Below, in pieces: positions 51,071 to 62,700 of a stretch of DNA of 64,000 nucleotides (position 1 is the stretch's first letter; each line of letters starts with the position of its first letter). The translations under genes and the position numbers were made by a program. Below the pieces are notes generated by a model that saw only the letters and a program-made list of their open reading frames with translations, had not been told where the DNA came from and searched no databases. This stretch comes from Oikopleura dioica (taxonomy: Eukaryota; Animalia; Chordata), in the NCBI GenBank assembly GCA_907165135.1, contig OU015567.1, positions 3,472,001 through 3,536,000 of the forward strand. The letters run 5' to 3'.

Positions 51071-51357
51071 CTTTAAAATATAATCCACTCGATCGTTTGT
51101 TTTGAAGTAATTGGAAAAAAAACCGTCGTCAATTCGTCAAATCGTAAAATCGTTGCTAAGTGCAATAAACTCAAATCTTTCCAGATAACCAGGATAAGTA
51201 AACGAAAACGCACGTTTTTGAAAACCTAAGCATTTTCAGAGGAACGTAATCATGTTTGCGGAGAGTCTCAGAAAAAGATCTCTGAATATTCTACTTCTTC
51301 TTGCTTTGACTTTTTTAGGTAAAAATTTTTCTTGAATGAAATGGTATCATTATGTAT

Positions 51358-51955
51358 TTAAGCGCTGCTCTTCTTCAATATAATCGATGGTGGTAGACAA
51401 ACATACTCATTTGCACGCCTTAGTTCTTGAAATAAAAATTGCTTTCAAAACGAGATCAAAACTTGTCCTTTTTGAATTTTATTATCGAGCAAAACATTTG
51501 ACGATTTCTTCTTGGAAGGCCATTTCGCAGTAGGGAATTTCGGCCATTTTGAGAACTGCCATTCGAGAACCGCCCTTTGCATCTAAGAAAAAGAATGAAA
51601 AATCGTCTATCAATCAGCGTTACCTTCAATTGTTTCGCAGCCTTTTATCGTCAGAAAGTTTCTTGTGCAAAACAAGGCGCATTGTCTTTGCAGGATAATT
51701 CATAAAAAAATAGACATCTTCGTCTAGTTACTCAGCTCTTAGGAGTCTGAAAATGCATGAGCTAACAAAAATGACTTTTCCTTTTGACACCCTTATTTTA
51801 AAAATCGGATTAAAGACCGTACTTTCTATTTGAAGGTCATTTTTTCAACAAAAAAATCCGTTCCTGACCGCCAAAGCTACAGCATTCTTCTCACAACCCT
51901 CAAGAGCTGCCTCTGATGACAGTAAAAAGGACATAAAAAGCTTGAAAAATCTCAT
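51358..51955 (-). CDS. Small secreted Cys-rich protein, unknown; includes a microexon
   Basis: MRFFKLFMSFLLSSEAALEGCEKNAVALAVR|LLRAE|QCALFCTRNFLTIKGCETIE|DAKGGSRMAVLKMAEIPYCEMAFQEEIVKCFA|...; first intron GA-AG (51863-51747). The last exon frame is uncertain. Confidence 0.55.
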
Positions 51956-52469
51956 GGCTTTTTTTTGTTTCTGGTTCTTTTTCTTCGCAAAATACAGATT
52001 TGAAGAGAACTGCGATCGGTTAATAAGCGGGAGGTTAGAATAATTAAGATGTTTACGCGTGAGCATAATTAATTTGGAAGACATGAACGTCGATTTTAAA
52101 TGCATTATTCGGCAATAATTTGACGGGGAACTGTCTCGATAATGAATTTGTTTTGCATGTACTGTAAAGTTTATACAGTAAACTCTCACTGCATCTTGTT
52201 TTACATCATACAGAAGGAAAATCTAAGAATAAGAAAATCACAAGCATGAAATTGCATTTTTTTCTTCCAATGAAATAAATTTGCCTTTGCCTCAAAAGTC
52301 AAAACCCGTGAAGATCTTTTCCATCGAATTTACGATAAAGATCACCGAGAATTTTTCGCCCGCATTTCGCCATGATGGCGCTAATCAGCGCTCGTAATCC
52401 GAAGATTACGGCCGACTTTACTCGTCTGCTAAATTTCTCGAATTCGACGCAGAATTTGAGATTTTGAAG

Positions 52470-55400
52470 ATGAAGCTTTCAGGTGAGCTCTTTTTTGATG
52501 AAATTGAGAGAAAAATACACGATTGTAGCGACGCTTTTGGCGTCCGTTGCGCGATCGCAATGGACTCCTCCGGAACCAGAACCCTACAGTCATATTTTGA
52601 GTACCGGAACAGAGTTTATTGGTGCTAAGAATCATCGGGGAACGATTGAGTTTAAGGGTGTACCTTACGCTCAGGCGCCAACTGGAGAGCTCAGATGGAA
52701 ACCGCCAGTTCCAGTTGAGGAATACAGGTACTTTCCTTAACTTTATCGAAAGAGAAATTAATATTGAAAAAAGACCAATGAATTTAAAATTTCGTTTTGA
52801 AGCATATTTTGCATAGAATCATTTTTCGATGAAGTAATTATTGCATCTAAGAATTCAGCGACATTTAGTTTTGATTTTAACAATGTTTTTGTTTAGCGAG
52901 GCAAGCTATGATTTCATGAACTACGGATACAGATGCATGAATTACGGCTGGACGCCTGACATGCCAAACGCTGACCTCACCGGCGAAGACTGCCTCAACG
53001 TTAACGTCCACACGATGGCAGAATATCTCCAACCAGGCGCCGAGAAAAAGCCGATCATGGCGTACATTCACGGTGGAGGATGGAATACCGGCTCGAATCA
53101 AGCCGCTTTTCACAATCTCGTCAAAGCCGGAGTTGTCGAGATAAATATTGGCTACCGTCTCGGTCCTTATGGATTTTTATACGATGAGACTCAGGATGAT
53201 TTCGACCACAAAGGCAACTTTGGTCTTCTCGATCAGCGAGCAGCTCTGGCCTGGATTCAGAAGTTCGGTGGCGAGTTTGGCGGAGACGTCAACAATGTCA
53301 TTCTCGACGGATGTTCTGCCGGTTCTGCTGCTGGTTGGTGGCATTTGACGTCGGAAGGCTCCTGGCCCTATTTCCACAAGGCCATCACAAACGGAGTCGG
53401 CTTGAACTACGCTTTCGGTGGGCACGATCTCTCGATTGCGACTGGTTTGACTCAGGCGACTCTTGATGCAGCTGGCTGTGCTGATGTCGATTGTTTGAGA
53501 TCGATGCCAGCGGAAGAGCTGAATCCGCATTTCAGAAATGCGAAAAGGGTTGACGGAGCTTTCCATCCGACGAAACTGGCACTTCAGGAAATGAGCGAAC
53601 AATGCTTTTCTTGATATTTTTGCTTGAACAATTGTTGACTCATAAACAAGCCAGGTTGGGGTCCTGTCATCGATGGGGGCTTCTTGTCAGCTTCACTGGT
53701 CGATAACGTTCGCGACGGGACGATTCGACCGAACACGCCGATCAGCTTCAATTATGCGGAGCACGACGCGTGGAGCATGACTGATGGTGGATTTAATGCC
53801 GCTATTAAGAATATCCCTGCATTCGCTCCACATACTAACGCAATCAAGTAAGACAAACTACTGTTGTCAATCTCATTTACAACATTCTCAATATAAAAAA
53901 TGAATAAGAAAGCTCATTATATAATTCAGGGATCTTCAAGCAGCTGGTTTCAAAGTTCCGTCTGACTTTACCGATCTCTACTTCAAAGAAGTCTTTGGCG
54001 AAGACGTCTTCAATACGTACATCTCCCCCGAACTCGGCTGCCCCAATTCAGCATCCGGCGAGACAGTCGAATGCAAAGAGCAGTTCTTCCGATGGATTCA
54101 GGGACAAACTTGGGTCTGCAACTCAAGATATGCTTTCAGTGGGGCACCAAGTACTGATACAAACATTGGACCGATCTATCCGATGGAGTTTGGCTGGAGA
54201 ACTTGCGAAGAAGTCGATGGAGTCAAAACGAAAACGTGTCATTGTGGAGAATCCGGATATGTGAATTCGTTGAGAAGCGCCAATCCAAATATGCCAGAGG
54301 TAATTTGAATTGTAAGAAAATTATCAGTAAATTCTTTCTTATTCAGGACGAGCAAGCTTTGATCGAGTGGACTTCCGAGTACTGGGTTAATTTCTTCAAC
54401 ACTGGTACCTTTCCCTCCACCGTAGGATCGATGCTGTCCATCCAGGACTTGCCCAACATTAACACTGTCAACTACATCAATCCTTCTGGTAACCTTGAGC
54501 ATCCAGAAACAAACGTTGCCGTATGCGATGTCCTCAACGCGATGGTTGAAGAGTTCGGCGCCGACGATGTTTTCGGCGGCGCTCACTGGTTCTACGAGCA
54601 CGGGCCAATGGGACCACAGCCCTGCGACGACGTTGATTGCGGCGACAACAAAGTTTGCGTGAACAACGACGACGGAGTCACCACAACCTGCATTTGCGAA
54701 GATGGTTTCATCGAAGTCGGCGACGCTTGTGTCGACGATCCTTGCGTGCCAAGTCCTTGTCACGAGAAAGCAACATGCACCTCAACTAGCTCTAGCGAAT
54801 TCACGTGCGAGTGCAAACCCGGCTACAGTGGGGATGGCTACAGTTGCATAACTGATAGCAATGTGAAGTTGACGTTGAGTTCCAACGGCGCAACTTTCAT
54901 CGGCGAGCTTACAAGTGACGACATCGCATTTTTCAAAGGAATTCCCTACGCCGCCGATTTTACCGAACGATGGACTCCTTCCGAGGCCCGAGACGCGAAC
55001 GGCTACGAAGTAAAAGAGCACGACTTCACCGTCTACGGCCCTATGTGCATGACGAAAAACAGCAAATCCACTCAGGATAATTTTGACCAGTTTGACGAAC
55101 AGTGTCTCAACGTCAATGTGATGACAAAGCCAGAATGGCTGACTGATGGGACAAAACATCCGATTCTGATTTACATTCATGGAGGTGGCTTCAACTCAGG
55201 TTCCAATCGATCGAAATTCACGAATCTCGTCAATGAACAGGGAATCATGGTGGTTTCTGTGAACTACCGACTCGGGCCTTACGGTTTCTTCTACGACACG
55301 AAAACACCCGATGTTGATGGACCAAGAGCAAATTTTGGCCTTCTTGATCAGCGAGAAGCGATGAAGTGGACACAGACCTTCGGCGCCGAGTTTGGAGGAG

Positions 55401-56945
55401 ATATCGACCAAGTCACTGTTTCTGGCTGCTCGGCTGGAAGTGACGCTACTTGGTGGCATCTGACCGAAGAACTCTCCTGGCCATATTTTAACCGGGCAAT
55501 CACAAATGGTGTTGGTTTGAATGCGGCTTATGGGTCGCACGATATCGAAATTGCATCGGGCCAGGCACAGTATGTTATCGACAACTCCATTTGCGCTGGT
55601 GAGCCGGACGAAGAAGTGATCGACTGTCTTCGTGGACTAGGAACTGGGTTGATAATAATAAACAATTCAAAAATATTCTTTCAAATTTTCAACCTTCTAA
55701 AAGATAACCACGATGAACTCAACGAGCTCTTCCGAGATGCGACCGACAACGTCTACCACCCGATCAAGCTTGCCCTTGAGCCTGGATGGGGTCCAGTAAT
55801 CGATGGCGACTTCAAGTCCGAATCTCTCATGGACTCAGTCATGAACGGAAACGTCAAGCCAAACTGCCCGATCAGTTTCAATTTCGCTCGGGACGACGCC
55901 TGGGGATTCACAAATGGAGGATTCCGGTAACATAATCTTCTTCTGGAAAACTCGTAACAATCTTCTTTTCAGATCATGCACCGGCCGTATGCCAGCTTTC
56001 GCCGATTCGGAGGAAGCTATCAGGCCCGGTTCTTTTCGTTGATGATAATCGCCTCTTATCAGTTGTTTTTGAACCTGCTTGTCAGAGATCTTCAGCGAGA
56101 AGGATTCGAAATTCCATCCGACTACACTGACATTTACTTCAAAGAAGTCTACGGCCCAGAACTTTTCTCCTCGAACATCGAAAGTCAATTTGGCTGTCCT
56201 AACAATGCCGATGGATCGGCAAATGAGTGCAAAGAGCCCTTCCACAATTACGTAATGGGAACAACCTGGACTTGTAATTCTCAGTGGGCACTGGCAGGTG
56301 CTCCAGGAATGAGTTTAAATTCTGTTAAAGAAAAGGAGGCAACTCGTTAACGACGCGATATTTGCGCTGTTTGACTTAAAAAAACTTTTAAACTCAAAAA
56401 GTAACCGACCCGAACATCGGCCCAATCTACCCAATGGAGTTCTCTTGGCCAACTTGCGTCAAGAACGATCTCGACGAAAACACTCGAACTTGCCACTGCT
56501 CCGAAAACGGCTACATTATCGGAAGCAAGCCAATTGCCGATTACATGTCCGACGATGAGAAATTTATGCAGCAGAAGATGCGAGACTACTTCGGCCAATT
56601 CATGCGAGACGGAACTTTCCCTTACGATCCGGAATTTGGAGAAATGAAGGATGTCAAGAGCCTAAACGGCGAATTCAATCACATCAGTTTGTTGCTTTTT
56701 AGGATCACTTTTTGATAATCTTTGTAGATATGGGAATTGAGCATTACCGATCCTACCCGGACACTTGCGACGCTTTGTTCAGTCTTGCCTCCGAAATCGG
56801 AGCTGTCAATGTCTTCGGAAATGCTTACTGGTACTACGAGCACGGATCACGTGAGTAAACCAAATATCAGCATATATATACGAAATATATGTAGCATATC
56901 ACATGCTGCATATGATATTATTTGATAGTCAGAACAAAATCATAA
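52470..56945 (+). CDS. Secreted tandem double type-B carboxylesterase (cholinesterase-like fold) with two EGF-like domains between the copies
   Basis: Signal MKLS|ATLLASVARS. Each copy has FKG(V/I)PYA, CLNVNV, YIHGGG, YRLGPYGF, NFGLLDQR, GCSAGS, GPVIDG, N(Y/F)AxxDAW, TCHC.E and a W(F/Y)YEHG end. Linker CDDVDC..CICEDGF..C and CVPSPC..CECKPGYSGDGYSC. Confidence 0.93.
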
Positions 56946-57252
56946 GATGAGACTCATGATAAAAAATGATCGGAAAAAACGTTCCTTGGGCAGGTAAATA
57001 AGGCGAAGAAAGAAGAAAGAAAAAGGGTACTCATTCCCGTTTGGAATTTCTCTCTGGATAATCTATCGCAGACCTGCCATGAGGTGCTCAACATGAATAA
57101 ATTGAACTTGAGCTTTTCTCTACGAAATAGCGTTCGTTCTTTTTTCACACGCAGCTGTCGATTTCTGCTACCCATCAACTCTGTTTGAGAGTATCCCATC
57201 TGATTCGTCTCATAAAGTTGACCGTCATTTCGATGTCCATTTCAAATAAACA

Positions 57253-57828
57253 ATGAAAGTTTTCTCGCTTTTCTTCTCCGCCATTTCCGCCCAGGCAATC
57301 AGCGACACCGAGGCCACCGCCATTGTCGCCGCTGAGCTCGAGGCCTGCAACACGCACAATCATTTTTTTTTTNNNNNNNNNNNNNNNNNNNNNNNNNNNN
57401 TCAGCGCTGCGTACAGCATTGAAGTCACCTGTGCCTTCGCTGATGACTGGGTCAACGTCGCTTACGAGGGATACTGGAAGGCAACTGAAGAAGGATACGG
57501 AGGAGTTCTTTGCGGTGAATCTTCAATCGATGTCGATTCTGCGTGAGTTTAAGCATGATTAACGAAGGGAAATTCAACGAGTTCTAGCGGTCTCGCCACT
57601 TCTTGCGAACACTCTGCCCACGGTTGCATGAGTCTCCAGAGCGGAGAAGAGTACAACCGCTGCATCGCTGGCCACCTCAAAAAGAACGGCGCCCACTTTT
57701 TGTGTAGCGGCTCGCGAGACATGAACATTCTCGCCTCCGACCCGGCTTACATGACCACTTCTGGCACTGGAGCGGAAACTGTTGAATGTGGAAACGCATA
57801 CGTCTCTGCCTGGTGCATTCACCGATAA
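57253..57828 (+). CDS. Small secreted Cys-rich protein, paralog of 471-994 (contains an N gap)
   Basis: MKVFSLFFSAISAQAISD..ELEACN; VTCAFADDW; intron ~57543-57587; HGCMSL..EYNRCIAGHLKKNGAHFLCSGSRDMNILASDPAY..SAWCIHR*. Confidence 0.8.
57373..57400. other. Assembly gap (28 N) after an 11-T run
   Basis: Ns in the sequence. Confidence 1.
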
Positions 57829-58281
57829 ACTGAATTCTTTTTTACTCAAATATAAAAAATGCGAAAATGAGACTTCGAAAAAAATCTATTTTTGAAAAAC
57901 AAATTCCAGTTTCGAAATTTATTGTAATAAGTTAAATCGTCAGTGAACTGTCTCAATAATCTGCAGAAGCAATTTAATCTCAGCAAGCCTTGTCTGAGTC
58001 GGAAGAACACGGTTGGGAAAAAGAGTAACAAAAAGCGTCTTCAGCAAATGCGATTGCGATTGTTTTTCGTTTTTGAAAGTTACAGTATCATTGATACTGT
58101 ATCAATTTACAGTAATTGATTGTTTTGGTTTTTGTTTGAGGGCAGTAGAAGACAAATCCTAATTTAGAAAAAATTGAAAGAAACTAATCGTAACAGAAAA
58201 TGACATAAACTATTAAAAAGGCAAAACAACCTTCAAACAGCTCAAAAAATCCTAAAAAAAGACACAACTTGGAAATTATAA

Positions 58282-59497
58282 CTAGTAGGGCGCGTAGTGA
58301 GCTTCTCTGGTGCTAAAGTTGCTGTAGTAGGCTCTTCCACGGGCGCGATATCCTCGACCGCGGCCTCTGAATCCTCCTCTGCCGCCACCTCTGTCCGTCG
58401 AACTGATTCCTGGACGATTGGTGCGTTTTGGCATCACTTTGATTTCTCGGCCGCGGAGAACAGAGCCGTCCAGGGCCAGGGATGCGTCGACGGATTCTTT
58501 TTCTGTGAATTCGATGTATGCAAATCCCTAAAGAGACTCGTTAAAATAACAAACAGGAAGCAAAATAGTTAGCTGCCCTGACTCAGGGCCGGCATGATCT
58601 GAAACGGGGCAATACGTCTGGGCTCGGCAAACTTAGCTGTGTAAAAACCTGTCACAGGTCCTGTTTCCTGTTTTTGGGGGACCTGTCTGAGTACCTGTGT
58701 AAAATCGGGTAATAATTTGGGCCTGTCCTGTGTACCTGTGTAAAATTGGGGGAAAAATTTTCTTTAGCTGTCCCTGTTCCTGTTTCTGTCTTAAACAGGC
58801 CTGTGTTTCCCGCTCAGGTCCTGACTGTAGACAGGTTCCTGTGTAACCGGTCTCGAAACTGTGCAAAAGGGGAAACGGGGCAGTTGACCCGTTGCCACGT
58901 CTCATTTCGCGACCCAGGAGCTGGTAATTTGCTGATCTTACCTTTGGATGGCCACTGTATTTGTCGCAAATGATGGTCACTCTGTTCAGCCCCCCGCAGC
59001 CGTGAAAATGTTGCTCAAGCTCTTCAGCTGTACACGCATAATCTACCTAAAATCACCGTTAAAAGCAGCGAAATAACGATAAAATTACCTGTCCGACATA
59101 AATCGACCGATTGTCTGTCTCCATCTTTTCCTCCATAGTCGGGAAGTTCACTTTTGCAGGCTCTGAAACACGATTTAGTTCCTTTTCTAAGACCCCAGAG
59201 TCGGCATCGGTGCCTCGAATCTTTACCTCGAACATCAGCAGAGATTTGTTGCTCGACTTCTGACTGTAGCGCTTTCAACTTCTCGGCTTCCTGCTCCATC
59301 GCTTTCACTCTTTCTTTGATCGCTTCCAATTCCTAAATATAGAAAGCTAGATTCAAGACCTTCTTCCGAAAATCGTGACTTACTGGATCATCTTCGACGT
59401 CGTCTTCTTCTTCGGCGAGTTCGTCGACGTCCAAAACGGTCGATTCCTCAAGCACGGTCGACTCTTCTAGCTCAGCATCTGATCCATTCAGTGACAT
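58282..59497 (-). CDS. PABPN1: Nuclear poly(A)-binding protein
   Basis: DP|[29 protein letters not shown]; [15 protein letters not shown]|[32 protein letters not shown]|[37 protein letters not shown]; RG-rich tail ending YAPY*. Frameshift near 58345. Confidence 0.97.
58575..58880. repeat. Degenerate CCTGT/ACAGG-rich repeat inside a PABPN1 intron
   Basis: Starts with CCTGACTCAGG, has many CCTG(T) and ACAGG units and the duplicated segment GTACCTGTGTAAAAT. Confidence 0.7.
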
Positions 59498-59775
59498 TCT
59501 AAAAACGTACAGTAAGTTTTGATCTGTTGGCGACAAAACGTATTGTTTTTGTCGCTTCTTTGATTTTTTATATTTTTCCGAATAGATATAATCGAACAAA
59601 TAGAAATATCGAATTATTCAACTGAAAACGAAATCAATATGGAATTTCTTTGAACATACATAGATAGTAGTAGAAGGAGAATGTTTTTGGTTTTCAACGA
59701 TGAAGCGGGGGTTTGGAAGACAAGAGGATCACAATTTTTAAACACGCATGAAAATTTGATGAAAAAGGATTGATG

Positions 59776-62700
59776 TCAAATGTCGCTGAAGGCCCAGAGC
59801 TCCACATCACAAATCTGAAGAAAGTGATGAGAAAATTTGGGTAAAGGGAATAGGGGGCCCTGGGGGCCACACCCCTCGGTTAGGCCTAAAGGGGATCCCG
59901 GAGGAAAAGCCCTCTTATACGCGGGTTAGGCCCGACGGGCCCGACCAGTGAGCGCCTATATCTGTAAGATATCTCCAAACGATGAAAAATACCTGAAAAT
60001 CCTTTTCCCTTGTCAAAGTCGGATTCATAAACGTTTCACAAGGCTTCGACGTCCCTCTCAGCAAATTATCAGGAATCCAAATTGCATAGTCGCCCTCTGA
60101 AGAGCCAAAAACGAGCGTGTCTTTCGTGCAGCGCGTGAAGAAATTGTTCTTGCCGGACCAGGGAAATTGAGCGAAGTCGTCGGCCGAATTCGACTTTTTA
60201 AAGCGAAATAAAAACGACTCCCCAGAGCCGAAGAAGTGTTCTTGTACTTTGAGCGGGTGTGAAGCCAGTGCTCCTATTGTCGAGCCACACAGCGTCTAGG
60301 AAAGGGATGAAGGAGGGGCTGAACGAGGAAGAAGCGAGTACCTTGATAATGAGAAGATTGGGCGATGAAGTTTTGGCGGCTTGACGATAAAGCGTTCCAA
60401 TTGAAGTTCCATGGTTTCTGAAATACAAAAATAACAATAGCGAATACCTTCAGTATGAGGACGTGTTAGTATAGACCTAGGATTCAAATCCGGAGAGGAA
60501 GGGCTGAGGTAAATTGCGTGGGTGTGTAGGTTTGGCTCTCGCGCTTAGAGGTAAGCGAGGCTCTACCTCAAGATACCTCTGCGCTGGATGAATCACGCTC
60601 TTTCAAGCCCTTTGCGCGCTGCACATGAATAGCGCTAGCGCGCCCGCTAATGTAAATTTCGCCTCCGAATCACCTCAGCTACCTCAAAGGTGGCTGTGCC
60701 ACTTTTACCTCTTACCGCCGCGAGGAGAAGGGGGATTCTCCTCTAAGCGAGAGAGCCCAACCTACACGCCCACGCAATTTACCTCAGCCCTTCCTCTCCC
60801 GATTTGAATCCTAGGTATAGACCATAATTTTTACCTTGAAGAATATTTGAGCATCCATTTTGAACCGATACATCTTGCTGGGAGAAATTGATTAATTGCT
60901 GCAACTTGTTGAATGCTGAATAGAAACATTTTTTAGTTTTGAAAGGATAAAAAATAGTACTTTAGAATGTCCGAGGAGCAAGTCATGTCAGGAATTTCGT
61001 CGATCATTTCCGGCTCTTCGTCTTTGTCCTTGTCGACTTTTGTCCACTCGGACTCGAACTCGGAGTAAGACTCGATTTGCCAGCTCTTTTCAACCGAGGA
61101 GAAGAATTCTTCGTTTTCCTCCAAATAGGAAGCGCTTAAATAAATTATTACTTTCGTGAATGATGAGTTTGAAAAGAGGAGAAAGATCAGAAATATTCAT
61201 TCAGAATCAGTCACTTTCGAATAAAAGAGAAGAATTTAATGAAACGGGTCAATATTTGCTAAATTACACTAAAACCCAGCGAGAAAGGGCCTGACTCAGG
61301 TTTCCACAAAGGTTGCCGAGCAAAGTCCAGCCAACTTTGAAGCATTACGACTTTTGAACATGATTTTTCTCTGATCAGAATTAATTTTAATTCATTTGGA
61401 TAGCCTAAGCAATAGAACGCTCGATCAGCTTACCCAAAAGAGACAATTATTGATCCCAAGTTAATTAAAAACAGTGAAAATGTGCAAAAATGCAATCTGA
61501 GTTCTTCAATAAAATCTGTATACGAGTATGTTTTTATTTTCTTGCCTCAAGGCAAGAAATAACGATTTACGCGGCTATTCTAGCGATTCTCTGAGGAAGT
61601 TTACCTGCTAACATAAGCAACATCAAACTGTCCGGATTTTTCCTTTTCTGAGTTTTCTTCGTTTTCGTCATGATTTTCTGCTTGTTTCGGAGTCGGTTTA
61701 GGCGCTTTGAGCCCGGGCGTGGCAACTTGTCTGGCGGGAGACCATTTCTGGAGACAGGTAAGAATGGGGGATGTTTCGGATGAAGAAATGGAAAAGTAGG
61801 AGACGGGCGAGGAGCCGGATACTTGCAGCCAGCTCTGGAACGCGTTCGAAGGACTTTTGAGGCTGACAGAAAGGTCTTTATTCTAGCTTTCTCACTATAG
61901 CCTCGGCAAACTGTGAAGAAGCGTGGGTAAGTGCCCAAAAGGTCACCTTTTCAGGACCCTGACCCATCTCTTTCTTTACAGGTAAACGGGCTCTGTTTGA
62001 AATTATGTTTCTTGGCAGCCATTCCTGTTGTAGAGCGCAGCTCTTTTAACATCTGCCATCGGCAGAATCAGTCCATTTTCCGGGTCAGGCTGGCTGGGGT
62101 CGAACATCAGCGCACAGGGAGTGATGAGCAGTACCCCCGCGACGCAGTCTTTTTCGACATCGATTTCGCTCAACGAAATGCTCCGCTCGAAGTTTGGTCG
62201 AAGTTTGAAAGCGTCCAGCTTAAAGATTTTTAATTTCAAAAATTGATGGATTCCTCGTTCATGAGTTGATCCCCGCAAATTATGACTTGACGTGGATTTC
62301 CGCGCGCGAATTGTTCAACTGAAGAATTTTTACGATTTCGCCGTAAAAACGTAAAATCATCGGCCACGGTTAAAAAAAGGCTACGCTTGTTCCCCTAAAA
62401 GCCTTTTGGTGAAAGAGTCATTTTGAAAATATGTCGCAAACTAGAGCTGGAATCAGTGGAGGTACCGTTTCGAAGATTATCAGGGACGCGAGCAATGGGG
62501 ATATTCGTAAGTAACAGGAATAAAAAGTCGTTTCTTTATCCTCAGCCTTCGAGTATGAGAAAATTTCGGATAATTGTTTTTCAGAAACGTAAGCTCTAGG
62601 TCCAAATGGCTGGGAAAGAAACATTCCGACAAAGGCTTCCGGCTTTGCTCAATCGTAAGCCCTTCCATTTCATCTCTTTCTACAACAATTCTAGCTACGA

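Noticed and set aside
54239-55540. Long minus-strand ORFs (174, 132 and 114 aa)
   Set aside because: Antisense shadows of the esterase coding exons.
58633-58980. 115-aa ORF continuing from the PABPN1 RRM exon
   Set aside because: It reads through a GTAAG donor into a repeat-filled intron; the conserved GFAYIEF exon follows the AG near 58530.
58282-59497. PABPN1 (and CHST, GAL3ST) as pseudogenes
   Set aside because: All functional motifs and splice sites are intact; the frameshifts lie in or next to homopolymer runs and are most likely sequencing errors.
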